NCBI GenBank assembly: GCA_024231215.1
Contig: JAAEQR010000142.1
Coordinates: 100,593-164,592 of the forward strand
Direction of reading: 5' to 3'
DNA length: 64,000 bases
From: PVC group bacterium
GTDB lineage: Bacteria; Omnitrophota; Gorgyraeia; B26-G9
Shown here: piece by piece, positions 28,419 through 39,025 of the stretch
Layout of the letters: each line of letters opens with the position of its first letter
Numbering within the stretch: the stretch's first letter is position 1
Notes under the pieces: generated by a model
Databases searched by the model: none
Seen by the model: only the letters and a program-made list of their open reading frames with translations
Told to the model about the DNA's origin: nothing
Program-made: the position numbers and the translations under genes

Positions 28419-28874
28419 ATGAACCTAAAAGAAATAAAACAATTAATAGCGTTGATGAATGACAACAACCTCACCGAATTTGAATTAGAACGAGAAGGTT
28501 TTAAAATCCGCCTCAATCGGGGAGGATCAGCAACTGCACAACCTAATATCGTTGTAGAACGAATTGCATCACAAGAACCAGCAGCACCAACACAAGCCGC
28601 CGCTCAATCTGCACCTGCGCCAGTTGCTTCTAACCTTCATGAGATAAAATCACCTATGGTCGGAACATTCTACCAGTCACCTTCTCCCGAATCTCCTCCT
28701 TTTGTGGAAATAGGCACAAACATTGAAATCGGACAGGTAGTTTGTATCATAGAAGCTATGAAACTCATGAACGAAATCAAATCAGAAGTCAAAGGAACAA
28801 TAAAAGAAATCCTTATTGAAAATGGTGATCCGATTGAATTTGGACAGGCATTATTTAGAATAGAACCGAGATAA
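28419..28874 (+). CDS. accB: Acetyl-CoA carboxylase biotin carboxyl carrier protein
   Basis: SPMVGTFY, IEAMKLMNEI. Confidence 0.97.
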   Translation: MNLKEIKQLIALMNDNNLTEFELEREGFKIRLNRGGSATAQPNIVVERIASQEPAAPTQAAAQSAPAPVASNLHEIKSPMVGTFYQSPSPESPPFVEIGTNIEIGQVVCIIEAMKLMNEIKSEVKGTIKEILIENGDPIEFGQALFRIEPR

Positions 28875-28894
28875 TTACGGAGTAATTATAGACT

Positions 28895-30244
28895 ATGTTT
28901 ACAAAAATATTAATCGCAAATCGTGGCGAAATCGCCTTACGCATAATCCGGGCCTGCAAGGAAATGGGTATCCGGACAGTAGCGGTATATTCTGAGGCTG
29001 ACGCTGATACGATGCATGTGCAGTTTGCTGACGAAGCAGTATGTATCGGCCCAGCTCAGGGTGCAGCAAGTTATCTTAACATTGCCGCAATTATGAGCGC
29101 CGCGGAAATAACTGATGTTGAAGCTATTCATCCGGGATACGGATTTCTAGCTGAAAACGCCCATTTTGCTGAAATCTGCGAATCATGCCATATCAAATTC
29201 ATCGGCCCCACTCCGGAAAACATCCGCACGCTGGGAGATAAAATGGCCGCAAAAGACATGATGCGCAAAGCCGGCATCCCAGTCATTCCCGGATCTATCG
29301 ATATCGTATCAAAAAAAGAAGACGCATTAAAAATTGCCAAAAAGATAAAATATCCGATCATCATCAAAGCTGCAAGCGGCGGTGGCGGAAAAGGAATGCG
29401 TGTAGCACATAATGACGTTCGTTTGGTAAGTTCAATTCTAACCGCACAGACAGAAGCAGAAGCAAATTTTGGAAATCCAAACGTATATCTTGAAAAATAT
29501 TTCGAAAAACCTCGACATGTAGAGATTCAGATACTTGCCGACAAACATAACCACGTTGTTCATTTTGGAGAAAGAGACTGCACAGTTCAAAGAAGACATC
29601 AGAAACTTATCGAAGAATCACCTTCTCCGGCAATTGACGCAAGAATCCGCAAAAAAATGGCAGAAACAGCGGTTCGAATCGCTAAAGTCTCTAATTACGT
29701 TAACGCAGGGACTGTTGAATTTATACTTGATACTGATGGGAAATTTTATTTCATGGAGATGAATACCAGGATCCAAGTAGAACATCCAGTCTCAGAGATG
29801 GTAACCGGAATTGATCTTATAAAAGAACAGATTAGGATTGCTGCCGGAGAAAAAATAGGATATTCCCAAGATGAAATAAAATTTAAAGGAGTAGCTATTG
29901 AATGTCGAATTAATGCTGAGGATCCAGACAACAATTTCATGCCTTCTCCCGGAGTAATAGAAAAATTACATTTCCCGGGGGGCAGAGGCGTACGCGTAGA
30001 CTCTCATGTATATACGGAATATAAAATCCCTCCGTATTATGATTCGATGATCGCTAAGCTCATTGTTTACGGAAAAGACCGAAAAGAAGCAATAAAAATA
30101 ATGCAGCGTGCACTTGATGAATTTGTAATAGATCCGATAAAAACAACAATACCTTTTCATAAATCGGTTTTTAGTAATCCTCAGTTCTTACGCGGAAAAT
30201 ACTACACAAATTTTGCAGATAATCTTTTAGAGAAAAAGAGATAA
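28895..30244 (+). CDS. accC: Acetyl-CoA carboxylase biotin carboxylase
   Basis: [42 protein letters not shown]. Confidence 0.98.
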   Translation: MFTKILIANRGEIALRIIRACKEMGIRTVAVYSEADADTMHVQFADEAVCIGPAQGAASYLNIAAIMSAAEITDVEAIHPGYGFLAENAHFAEICESCHIKFIGPTPENIRTLGDKMAAKDMMRKAGIPVIPGSIDIVSKKEDALKIAKKIKYPIIIKAASGGGGKGMRVAHNDVRLVSSILTAQTEAEANFGNPNVYLEKYFEKPRHVEIQILADKHNHVVHFGERDCTVQRRHQKLIEESPSPAIDARIRKKMAETAVRIAKVSNYVNAGTVEFILDTDGKFYFMEMNTRIQVEHPVSEMVTGIDLIKEQIRIAAGEKIGYSQDEIKFKGVAIECRINAEDPDNNFMPSPGVIEKLHFPGGRGVRVDSHVYTEYKIPPYYDSMIAKLIVYGKDRKEAIKIMQRALDEFVIDPIKTTIPFHKSVFSNPQFLRGKYYTNFADNLLEKKR

Positions 30245-30255
30245 AAGGAGGAACA

Positions 30256-30621
30256 GTGGCTAATAAAGAAAAAACCACGGATTTGGGGATCCTTAAAATT
30301 AATAACGAAGTAATTGCTTCCATTGCAAAACAAGCAGCCTTAGAAGTAGACGGGGTAAAAGGTCTAAAGACTAACCCTCTCTCAATACTTTCTGATTTTT
30401 TCAACAAAGGATATAACAACAAAGGGATAACCCTTGATATAACTGATCGAGACATAAAAATAGGAGTAACGATTATCGTCAAATACGGGGTAAGTATTCC
30501 TGATGTAGCCAGCCTGGTTCAGGAAAACATTCGCACTGCGATAGAAGAAATGACAGGGTTATCGGTAGCAGAGGTAGATGTAGATATCGGTGACCTATAT
30601 GCAGAAAAAAGAGAAAACTAA
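30256..30621 (+). CDS. Asp23/Gls24 family envelope stress protein
   Basis: G.LKI..EVIASIA, YGVSIPDVA..VQ, EMTGL.V..VDV; GTG start with AGGAGG RBS. Confidence 0.9.
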   Translation: MANKEKTTDLGILKINNEVIASIAKQAALEVDGVKGLKTNPLSILSDFFNKGYNNKGITLDITDRDIKIGVTIIVKYGVSIPDVASLVQENIRTAIEEMTGLSVAEVDVDIGDLYAEKREN

Positions 30622-30638
30622 CAAAAGGGGAGGAACGG

Positions 30639-31229
30639 ATGCGAATCTTCAATAAAATAATAGTATTTTTCTATACTCTTATATTTTCCTTGATCGGAGC
30701 ATGTTTAATCATGGTTGCTTCTCATCTTGCAGGATGGATAGATTTAACATTACCAATCGAATATGTCATAGATTTTCCTGACCTTCCGTGGTTATTATTA
30801 TTAAGCGGATCACTGTTAATTCTTGTCAGTCTTTCTCTGGCCAGTATTTCATTTAAGAAGTTTCAGGAAGAAAAAACCATCGGATACGCAACCAACGGAG
30901 GACAAGTAATCATCTCGCTCAGTGCGATTGAAGATTTTATCCGTCGGTTAACCCAACAATTAACAGAAGTCAGAGAATTGCGTTCTGAGGTATTTGTTAC
31001 CCGGCGCGGCATCGAAATTGAAAGCAGAGTTATTCTCTGGTCAACCTCTAACATACCGAATATTACCGAAAGAATTCAGGAAACAATAAAAGGACAAGTG
31101 CAAGAACTTCTTTCCGGAATAGATAAACCGGTCATGGTTAATGTCCATGTTATAAAAATAACTCAAAAACCACCAGAGAAAAATATAAAAGATAAAAAAT
31201 CAAAACAAGAAATTCCTTTTTTAAGGTAA
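30639..31229 (+). CDS. amaP: Alkaline shock response membrane anchor AmaP-like protein
   Basis: Two TM segments then G.V.IS..AIED and an Asp23-like C-terminus; adjacent to asp23. Confidence 0.75.
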   Translation: MRIFNKIIVFFYTLIFSLIGACLIMVASHLAGWIDLTLPIEYVIDFPDLPWLLLLSGSLLILVSLSLASISFKKFQEEKTIGYATNGGQVIISLSAIEDFIRRLTQQLTEVRELRSEVFVTRRGIEIESRVILWSTSNIPNITERIQETIKGQVQELLSGIDKPVMVNVHVIKITQKPPEKNIKDKKSKQEIPFLR

Positions 31230-31233
31230 AATC

Positions 31234-31803
31234 ATGAAAAACAATATTATCACAAGCATTACAGATTCAATTAAAGTGAAAGAGAAAATGCTTTCTGCTT
31301 TAATACCCGAGATTGAACATACCGCAAAAACAATAATTAAAGCATACAAAAAGAAAAAGAAAGTCTTAATTTTCGGTAACGGTGGAAGTGCCGCAGATAG
31401 TCAGCACATTGCAGCTGAACTTGTCGGTCGATTTAAAAAAGAAAGACAGGCATGGCCGGCAATAGCATTAACCACAAATACCTCGATTTTAACGGCTTTG
31501 GCTAACGATTATTCTTATGATTGTATTTTCGAACGGCAAATAGAGGCTTTGGGAAACAAAGGAGATATCGCCATCGGCATTTCAACCAGTGGCAAAGCTC
31601 CAAATGTTATTGCCGGGTTTAAAAAAGCACGCAAACAAGGGCTTACCTGCATCGCGTTAACCGGACAAAAAGGAAGTAACTTAAAAAAACTAACGGATAT
31701 CTGCCTCATGGCACCAGCTAAAGATACTCCAAGAATTCAGGAAGCACATATTTTAATCGCACACATTATCTGTGATCTTGTCGAAAAAGATCTTACATCA
31801 TGA
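31234..31803 (+). CDS. gmhA: Phosphoheptose isomerase
   Basis: GNGGSAADSQH.AAEL.GRF, NDY, STSG, RIQEAH. Confidence 0.96.
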   Translation: MKNNIITSITDSIKVKEKMLSALIPEIEHTAKTIIKAYKKKKKVLIFGNGGSAADSQHIAAELVGRFKKERQAWPAIALTTNTSILTALANDYSYDCIFERQIEALGNKGDIAIGISTSGKAPNVIAGFKKARKQGLTCIALTGQKGSNLKKLTDICLMAPAKDTPRIQEAHILIAHIICDLVEKDLTS

Positions 31804-32285
31804 TAAAAAAGAAAATAAAAACTATCAGCTCTTTAAAAAAAATAATTGCATCGCTTAAAAAAAACGGTAAAAAGATAGTTTTCACCAACGGTTGTTTTGA
31901 TATAATCCATTCCGGACATGCACTGTATCTGGAAGAAGCAAAAAAACTAGGTGATCATCTTATTGTCGCCTTAAATAGCGATGCTTCAGTAAAAAAAATA
32001 AAAGGAAAATCGCGGCCCATTGTCGGGGAAAAAGAACGGGCCACTGTAATTGCCGCTTTAGAAAGCGTTGATTTTGTTGTGATTTTTAACGAAACAACAC
32101 CGCTTTCTCTTATAGAAAAACTTACTCCTGATGTACTGGTAAAAGGCTCTGATTGGAAACAAGGTAAAATCGTCGGAGCAGACCATGTAATACGTTGCGG
32201 AGGCAAGGTGAAAAGCGCGAAATTCATTCAAGGATGTTCAACAACTCAACTCATTAAAAAAATTGTCAAAAAAAGCAGTAACTAA
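31800..32285 (+). CDS. rfaE2: D-glycero-beta-D-manno-heptose 1-phosphate adenylyltransferase
   Basis: VFTNGCFDIIHSGH, NSDASV, KG.DW, STT. Confidence 0.94.
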   Translation: MIKKKIKTISSLKKIIASLKKNGKKIVFTNGCFDIIHSGHALYLEEAKKLGDHLIVALNSDASVKKIKGKSRPIVGEKERATVIAALESVDFVVIFNETTPLSLIEKLTPDVLVKGSDWKQGKIVGADHVIRCGGKVKSAKFIQGCSTTQLIKKIVKKSSN

Positions 32286-32712
32286 TAAATCTTTTTTCCG
32301 TCTTATTGATGCCAATAGCAACCGGCTAAGAGAAGGATTGCGTGTACTTGAAGATATCGTCAGATTTATTATAGATGATGGAAAATTAACCGTCGGATTT
32401 AAAAATATCCGCCATGAACTTACCCGCTGTCTCAAGCAAACAGCGGTGGTAAAAAATCTAGATACACTACAACACAGACAAGTGCAAAAAGATGTAGGGA
32501 AGGGATCAATTCCTCTTGAGTTCCAGAGGAAAAATGTTCTGGATATCTTTCTTGCTAATGCACAACGAGCAAAAGAATCGATCAGAGTTTTGGAGGAATT
32601 TTTTAAAATTCTCGATAAAACAACTGCTTTACAACTGAAGAAATTGCGGTACAAAATATATTCATTAGAGCAACGTTCTGTTGAAAAACTTATGAATATA
32701 CGCAAGCATTGA
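32263..32712 (+). CDS. Stand-alone ThiD2-like domain (N-terminal domain of long-form ThiE)
   Basis: RLIDAN.NRLREGLRVLED..RF and N..RAKESIRVLEE repeats; adjacent to thiC. Confidence 0.8.
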   Translation: MSKKAVTNKSFFRLIDANSNRLREGLRVLEDIVRFIIDDGKLTVGFKNIRHELTRCLKQTAVVKNLDTLQHRQVQKDVGKGSIPLEFQRKNVLDIFLANAQRAKESIRVLEEFFKILDKTTALQLKKLRYKIYSLEQRSVEKLMNIRKH

Positions 32713-32748
32713 CAAAGACCACAAAACAAGGGGAATTTTAAACAAACA

Positions 32749-34032
32749 ATGAAAACTCTAATTGAAAACGCACGCTCCGGGAAGATAACTCCGTTAATCA
32801 AAACGGTAGCAAAAAAAGAAAACATCTCACAAAAAATATTAGCTAAACTTATCGCCGAAGGGAAAGTAGTTATCCCGGCCAATTCCGGCAGAGATATTTT
32901 AACCCCATGCGGAATAGGCAAGTCCCTGCAAGTAAAAATAAACGCTAATCTGGGGACATCTCCTGATAAGTCTAACTTAAAAGATGAGATTAAAAAATTA
33001 AAAACCGCAATACAGTTTGGTGCCGATACAGTCATGGACCTGAGTGTCGGAGGAGACATCAAAAAAGTACAAAAATACCTACTAAAACACTCAAGCATCC
33101 CTTTGGGCACAGTACCTATTTATGAAGCAACTATTCACGCAACAAAAAAATACGGGTCATTTCTAAAAATGACCCGGGACGATATCTTAGATGTCCTTAC
33201 AAGTCAAGCGAAAAACGGGGTTGATTTTTTCACAATACACTCTGGAGTAACAAAAAAAACATTGCAAAGCCTGAAACAATCCCCACGACTCATGGGAATT
33301 GTCAGCCGGGGCGGAGCAATAACAGCTAGCTGGATAACAAAAAATAAAAAAGAAAATCCACTTTTTGAATACTTTGACGATGTTATCCAGATCGCTAAGA
33401 AATACGATATCACATTAAGTCTAGGCGATGGATTACGTCCAGGCGCAATATCTGACGCAACAGATAAATCCCAGATTGAGGAACTAAAGCTTTTAGGGTT
33501 CTTGGCAAAAAAAGCCCTCAGAGCCGGAGTCCAGGTAATGATTGAAGGACCGGGACATGTACCCATAAATCAAATTCAAAAAAACATTGAATTACAAAAA
33601 CGCTATTGTAATGAAGCCCCGTTCTATGTATTAGGGCCATTGGTCACAGATTCGGGGATGGGATACGATCATATTACTGCAGCAATCGGTTCTAGTATAG
33701 CCGCCTATCATGGCGCTGATTTCATCTGTTTTGTTACTCCGGCAGAACATGTAAAACTTCCTGATTTAGAGGACATAAAATTAGGTGTAATTGCCAGCCG
33801 GATTGCCGCACACAGCGCTGATTTAGCAAAAGGAAATAAAACAGCCTGGGCAAAAGACACAGCAATAAGCAAAGCACGAAAAAAAAGAAACTGGATAAAA
33901 CAAATAGAGATGTCTTTAGATCCGCATAAGATCAAGCAAGAAAGAGCCGCGTCTAAACCTAAAACTACTGATGTGTGCACCATGTGCGGAGAATTTTGTT
34001 CAATGAAATTAATGGATAGTTTAAAAATTTAA
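32749..34032 (+). CDS. thiC: Phosphomethylpyrimidine synthase
   Basis: KINANLG, DTVMDLS, GTVPIY, IVSRGG, EGPGH, YDHI, CTMCGEFC. Confidence 0.96.
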   Translation: MKTLIENARSGKITPLIKTVAKKENISQKILAKLIAEGKVVIPANSGRDILTPCGIGKSLQVKINANLGTSPDKSNLKDEIKKLKTAIQFGADTVMDLSVGGDIKKVQKYLLKHSSIPLGTVPIYEATIHATKKYGSFLKMTRDDILDVLTSQAKNGVDFFTIHSGVTKKTLQSLKQSPRLMGIVSRGGAITASWITKNKKENPLFEYFDDVIQIAKKYDITLSLGDGLRPGAISDATDKSQIEELKLLGFLAKKALRAGVQVMIEGPGHVPINQIQKNIELQKRYCNEAPFYVLGPLVTDSGMGYDHITAAIGSSIAAYHGADFICFVTPAEHVKLPDLEDIKLGVIASRIAAHSADLAKGNKTAWAKDTAISKARKKRNWIKQIEMSLDPHKIKQERAASKPKTTDVCTMCGEFCSMKLMDSLKI

Positions 34033-34048
34033 TAATAACCAAAGAAAT

Positions 34049-34122
34049 GCGGGCGTAGTTCAGTGGCAGAACATCAGCTTCCCAAGCTGAATACGAGGGT
34101 TCGATTCCCTTCGCCCGCTCCA
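34049..34122 (+). tRNA. tRNA-Gly (anticodon CCC)
   Basis: GCGGGCG/CGCCCGC acceptor stem, TCAGC-TTCCCAA-GCTGA anticodon arm, GGTTCGATTCC, CCA end. Confidence 0.97.
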
Positions 34123-34131
34123 ATACCCTTG

Positions 34132-34872
34132 ATGAATACAGAAAATAAAATTACTTCTTTCAAGGATGAAGCAGTACTTTTTAAGGATAAACATAATAAA
34201 ATAATAGTCTATAGTCTAGTCTTAGGGCTATTTCTGTCTGGATGTAGTACTCCGCACAAACGGATAACATCAAGGCCTGAACCAACTATATACATCAAAA
34301 CAGACCTTCCTGGAACATATCATAGCGTTAAAAGGGGAGAGACCTTATGGCGCATCAGCCGAATATATCAAATTGATCTTTCAATGCTGGTTGATTTCAA
34401 CAAAATCCCTAACGCATCAAAACTTAAAATCGGACAAAAAATATTTATTCCTGATTCATTACGACAAACTAACAACATCAAAGCCTCCGATGATTTTGAC
34501 GAGCATTTTTATTGGCCGACAAAAGGAACTATCGCTAGTTATTTTTCGCAAATAAAACAGCATGTCAAAAATCAGGGGATTGATATTTATGCAAAACACG
34601 GCGCACCTGTATATGCAGCAACACATGGGAAAGTAATTTTTACATCAAACAATATGCGCGGCTATGGGAGAACAATCATTATTAAGCATAATAACCTTTT
34701 TAGCTCTGTATATTCATCAAATAAAGAAAACATCGTTACCTCTGGAGACTATGTAACCCAGGGGCAAGTTATTGCATATGCAGGAACCAGCGGAAGAACA
34801 AACCAGTGCATCGTACATTTTGAATTGCGAAAAAACAACAAACCGCAAAACCCGTTATACTATTTGCCGTAG
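34132..34872 (+). CDS. LysM/M23 peptidase-family lipoprotein (NlpD-like)
   Basis: Lipobox LSGC, LysM (HSVKRGETLWRIS), M23-like GIDI, GYG..II.H, HFELR; metal ligands degenerate as in NlpD. ORF-track start overlaps the tRNA, so moved to 34132. Confidence 0.88.
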   Translation: MNTENKITSFKDEAVLFKDKHNKIIVYSLVLGLFLSGCSTPHKRITSRPEPTIYIKTDLPGTYHSVKRGETLWRISRIYQIDLSMLVDFNKIPNASKLKIGQKIFIPDSLRQTNNIKASDDFDEHFYWPTKGTIASYFSQIKQHVKNQGIDIYAKHGAPVYAATHGKVIFTSNNMRGYGRTIIIKHNNLFSSVYSSNKENIVTSGDYVTQGQVIAYAGTSGRTNQCIVHFELRKNNKPQNPLYYLP

Positions 34873-34884
34873 GATAAAACTGTT

Positions 34885-36507
34885 ATGGTATTTAAAACAA
34901 AATCAAAAACTGAATTTTTTGCACGTCAGGAGATACTTAATCTCTTGTTAAAAAGGGTAGAAGCCTCTAAGTGCCGCTATCGCCAGAACATTGCGCTGCT
35001 GGGAAACCAGAGTTTAGGCAAAACATCCCTTATTTTTGAACTATTACGAATTTCTAAAAACCCGGACATTATCCCTATTTATCTGGACGTAAAACCCAAA
35101 TCCATAGAAGCTCTAGCGCAAAATTTTATAGGCGTACTCCTTTATCAATACCTCAGTTTAGAAGAAGATATTTTAGAAGATAATTTGGATTTTCTAATCA
35201 AAAACAGTCGAACTAAAATACCTAAAACAATTCAGCAAATCAACCAAATCAGGAAGTTACTAAAAGAAAAAAAACATGCTGATGAGATATACTCTCTATT
35301 ACTTGATCTTCCTCAGACCATTCACGAAGAAACACAGAAAACAATCCTTTTGATTTTTGATGAGTTTCATAATATCGACAGTTTAGGCCTACGCAACCCA
35401 TTTCTTGAACTTAGTAATAAAATTATGGTGCAAAAACATACAATGTACATTGTAGTCAGTTCCGCTGTTCACAGCGCACAACTGATTCTTTCTGAAAAAT
35501 TAAGCTTATTGTTCGGAAATTTTGAAATTGTAAACCTTGAACCTTTTAATGAGACTATCGCAAAAACATTTATTGATAATAAACTGCAAAACATACAAAT
35601 ACGTTCTGCTTTTAAAAACTTCATCATTCAATTTACGGGCGGCTATCCTTTTTACTTAGATGCAATTACGGAACAGCTTAAGACCGTCTGTCTCGATAAT
35701 GACTGTAAAAATATTTCCGAAAAGATACTGCTTTCAAGCCTCTTTGAGACAATGTACAAGGACCACGGAATATTAAACCAATTTTTCAATAATAAATATT
35801 ATCGCCTGTTAAATAACGGTCACATGAATATATTCCCGGAGATTCTCTTAGCCATCGCTACCGGTTGCAGGAAACCATCGCAAATAACCACCAGGCTCAA
35901 CCGGAAAACCAGAGATATTAACAAATATTTAAATAAGCTTATGCAGATGGATATTATCAGTAAAAAAGGAGTATTCAATTACATTAACGACCCACTTTTT
36001 GAAAACTGGCTAAAACATGTCCTGCAAAAAAAACAACATTCATTTAACATTAATGTGCATCTTGCAGCGCAAAAATTTGAGGAGGATATCCTGCAAAGTT
36101 TAACGACTTTCATTGATGAATCTAAAAAAGATGTTCCCCAAAGACTAAAAGAAATTTTTACAATGTTCGAAAATGACATAATTGAATTGGATAAAAAAAG
36201 GTTTATGTTGACACGATTCGATGAAATAGATATAAAAGATAATAATACTATAAGCATGGTAAGAGCACGGCGTGCCAATAAACACTGGCGTTGTTATATT
36301 GAAAAAGACTTTATAGACGAATTGAAAATTAACGAAGTACTATCCGATACAAAAAGAAAAGATTGTATAAAAAAGATCCTGATTGCTCTAAAAGGGATTG
36401 ATGTTAATGCAAGATTAAAAGCCTTAGAAGCACGTATGTGGATATGGGACCAAAACATTCTTAACCAACTTTTAACCTTATTTGAAAAACCGAGGTTTAT
36501 GAAATGA
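34885..36507 (+). CDS. Archaeal-type AAA ATPase (ATPase_2-like) with winged-helix and degenerate nuclease-like C-terminus
   Basis: FFARQE, Walker A GNQSLGKT, Walker B LLIFDEFH, TGGYPFYL, wHTH, Y..DPLF..W. Confidence 0.78.
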   Translation: MVFKTKSKTEFFARQEILNLLLKRVEASKCRYRQNIALLGNQSLGKTSLIFELLRISKNPDIIPIYLDVKPKSIEALAQNFIGVLLYQYLSLEEDILEDNLDFLIKNSRTKIPKTIQQINQIRKLLKEKKHADEIYSLLLDLPQTIHEETQKTILLIFDEFHNIDSLGLRNPFLELSNKIMVQKHTMYIVVSSAVHSAQLILSEKLSLLFGNFEIVNLEPFNETIAKTFIDNKLQNIQIRSAFKNFIIQFTGGYPFYLDAITEQLKTVCLDNDCKNISEKILLSSLFETMYKDHGILNQFFNNKYYRLLNNGHMNIFPEILLAIATGCRKPSQITTRLNRKTRDINKYLNKLMQMDIISKKGVFNYINDPLFENWLKHVLQKKQHSFNINVHLAAQKFEEDILQSLTTFIDESKKDVPQRLKEIFTMFENDIIELDKKRFMLTRFDEIDIKDNNTISMVRARRANKHWRCYIEKDFIDELKINEVLSDTKRKDCIKKILIALKGIDVNARLKALEARMWIWDQNILNQLLTLFEKPRFMK

Positions 36508-36986
36508 AAATTGGCGTTATTTCGGATACACATATACCAATCAATTGCGATAAATTACCGCAAAACATTGCCAAACACTTCAAAGATATCGATATGATCA
36601 TCCATGCCGGAGATCTTGTCTCAACAGACGTTATTTCTCTGCTTGAGGAATTTACAAAAAATATAGTTGCCGTAGCCGGAAACATGGACTGCCATGACGT
36701 TCAAGAAAAATTCCCGCCAAAAACAACAATAACCGCCGGGAAATATAAGATCGGCGTTGTACATGGTTGGGGACCGCCAAGCACATTACCTAAACGTATG
36801 CTTGATGAATTCAAAGGAGTAGATATTATTATATTCGGACATTCGCATCGCCCCTGTAACGAAGAAATAGATGGTGTCTTACTATTTAATCCAGGCAGCC
36901 CTACCGATAAGATATATGCTGAATATAATTCTATTGGCATCCTGGAATTAAACGGCAAAAAGAAGGGAACAATCATAAAGCTATGA
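36504..36986 (+). CDS. YfcE/MJ0936 family metallophosphoesterase
   Basis: ISDTH, HAGD, GNMD, HG, GHSH, NPGS. Confidence 0.93.
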   Translation: MKIGVISDTHIPINCDKLPQNIAKHFKDIDMIIHAGDLVSTDVISLLEEFTKNIVAVAGNMDCHDVQEKFPPKTTITAGKYKIGVVHGWGPPSTLPKRMLDEFKGVDIIIFGHSHRPCNEEIDGVLLFNPGSPTDKIYAEYNSIGILELNGKKKGTIIKL

Positions 36987-37468
36987 AAAATCAACAGCAG
37001 AACAATCTACTCTGGGCTCCATGGCGAATAAATTATATTCAAGGCAAAAAAACTCCCGGATGTATTCTATGCAAAGCCCCGAAACAAAAAAACGACGAAA
37101 AAGTTCATATAATTACCCGGGCCAAGGATGCCTACACAATGCTCAATACCTTTCCTTACAATAACGGACATATGATGGTCATCCCTTACCGTCATGTAGC
37201 TAATCTGGAAGACCTAAAAGATCAGGAATTAAAAGAAATAATGAGCCTGGTAAAAGCTTCGGTAAAACTACTCAAAAAACATTTACGTCCCCAGGGATTT
37301 AACATCGGAATCAATCTGGGCAAAGCCGCCGGTGCCGGTATTGATAAACACCTTCACGTTCATATCGTACCACGCTGGAACGGTGATACTAATTTTATGC
37401 CGGCAGTATCTAAAACTAAAGTAATCTCACAATCACTTAACGAATTATATAGGGTATTAAAATCATGA
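36983..37468 (+). CDS. HIT family hydrolase (Ap4A phosphorylase-like)
   Basis: [33 protein letters not shown]. Confidence 0.93.
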   Translation: MKNQQQNNLLWAPWRINYIQGKKTPGCILCKAPKQKNDEKVHIITRAKDAYTMLNTFPYNNGHMMVIPYRHVANLEDLKDQELKEIMSLVKASVKLLKKHLRPQGFNIGINLGKAAGAGIDKHLHVHIVPRWNGDTNFMPAVSKTKVISQSLNELYRVLKS

Positions 37469-39003
37469 AAGAACTTATTATTATCATCGATTTTGGATCA
37501 CAATACAGCCAGTTAATTGCAAGAAGAGTGCGTGAATATAATGTCTACTGTGAAATATATCCGCCTAACATCACCGCAGAAAAAATCAAAAAACTATCTC
37601 CGCAAGGAATAATTTTTTCAGGCGGACCATCAAGCCTTACCCAGAAACATGCCCCGCGCTGCGATAAAGCGATATTTAAACTGGAAATACCAATTTTAGG
37701 AATTTGCTACGGGATGCAACTTATAGCACACCACTTCAAAGGCACAGTAGGCAAATCCTCAGCCCGGGAATATGGAAAGACCGAACTCTACATAGATACA
37801 TCTAAACAACTTTTTTCAGGGCTAGGAAAAAAAATTATCACCTGGATGAGCCATGAAGATAAGGTGAAAAAGCTTCCTAAAGACTTTCTGGCCCTGGCGC
37901 ATACTTGCAATTCGAAAATTGCCAGTTTTGCCCATAAAAAACGCCCTATCTTTGGGCTTCAGTTTCACCCGGAAGTAGTTCACACTCCGAAGGGGAAAAT
38001 AATACTAAAGAATTTTCTCTTCAAAGTCTGCGGAGCTAAAGGACTCTGGACCATGCAGTCTTTCATAAAAGAATCCATTTCTCAGATACGAGAAAAAGTA
38101 CAAGACGACTCTGTTGTCTTAGGCTTAAGCGGGGGAGTAGACTCTTCGGTCGGAGCAGTGCTTCTGCACAAAGCGCTGGGAAAACGCCTGCACTGCATTT
38201 TCGTAAATAACGGATTGCTTCGCAGTCAGGAAGCAGAAAAAGTGAAAAACACATTCAAAAAACATTATAGAATGAATTTCCATTATGTTAACGCAGAAAA
38301 ACTATTTTTAAAACAATTAAAAGGTGTTACCGATCCGGAAAAAAAACGCAAAATTATCGGTAAATTATTTATCCATGTTTTTGAAACAGAAGCTAAAAAA
38401 CTAAAAAACATAAAATATCTGGCACAGGGAACTCTCTATCCGGACGTAATTGAAAGTCAATCTGTATTTGGCGGACCATCCGCGGTAATTAAAAGCCATC
38501 ATAATGTCGGAGGACTGCCGAAAAAAATGCAATTAAAATTAATCGAACCTTTGCGTTTTCTTTTTAAAGATGAAGTCCGGCTTCTCGGCAAAGCATTAAG
38601 AGTACCTGAGGCAATCATCAATCGTCACCCATTTCCCGGGCCGGGCCTGGCTATAAGAATTCTTGGATCAATAACTAAAGAACGGCTTGATGTCCTGCGT
38701 CAGGCAGATAAACGCTTTATCGAAGAATTGAAAAATGCTGGACTATATAACAAAGTCTGGCAAGCATTAAGTGTCTTACTACCGGTTAAAAGTGTCGGGG
38801 TCATGGGGGATGAAAGAACATATGAGAATACAATTGCCTTACGTGCAGTTACCAGTGTAGACGGAATGACCGCAGACTGGGCAAAACTCCCGATGAAGGT
38901 ATTAGAAACAGTTTCTAATCGAATTATTAATGAAGTAAAAGGTGTTAACCGGGTTGTTTATGATATTAGCTCAAAACCTCCCGCGACAATAGAATGGGAA
39001 TAA
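37465..39003 (+). CDS. guaA: GMP synthase (glutamine-hydrolyzing)
   Basis: [43 protein letters not shown]. Confidence 0.98.
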   Translation: MKELIIIIDFGSQYSQLIARRVREYNVYCEIYPPNITAEKIKKLSPQGIIFSGGPSSLTQKHAPRCDKAIFKLEIPILGICYGMQLIAHHFKGTVGKSSAREYGKTELYIDTSKQLFSGLGKKIITWMSHEDKVKKLPKDFLALAHTCNSKIASFAHKKRPIFGLQFHPEVVHTPKGKIILKNFLFKVCGAKGLWTMQSFIKESISQIREKVQDDSVVLGLSGGVDSSVGAVLLHKALGKRLHCIFVNNGLLRSQEAEKVKNTFKKHYRMNFHYVNAEKLFLKQLKGVTDPEKKRKIIGKLFIHVFETEAKKLKNIKYLAQGTLYPDVIESQSVFGGPSAVIKSHHNVGGLPKKMQLKLIEPLRFLFKDEVRLLGKALRVPEAIINRHPFPGPGLAIRILGSITKERLDVLRQADKRFIEELKNAGLYNKVWQALSVLLPVKSVGVMGDERTYENTIALRAVTSVDGMTADWAKLPMKVLETVSNRIINEVKGVNRVVYDISSKPPATIEWE

Positions 39004-39025
39004 GCATATTTTCTAAGGAGAGAAA

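Noticed and set aside
32238-33110. 290-aa minus-strand ORF
   Set aside because: Antisense shadow of the ThiD2-like gene and thiC; no recognisable motifs.
34063-34131. Long N-terminal extension of the LysM/M23 ORF
   Set aside because: It is tRNA-Gly read as protein; the real start is ATG 34132 or later.
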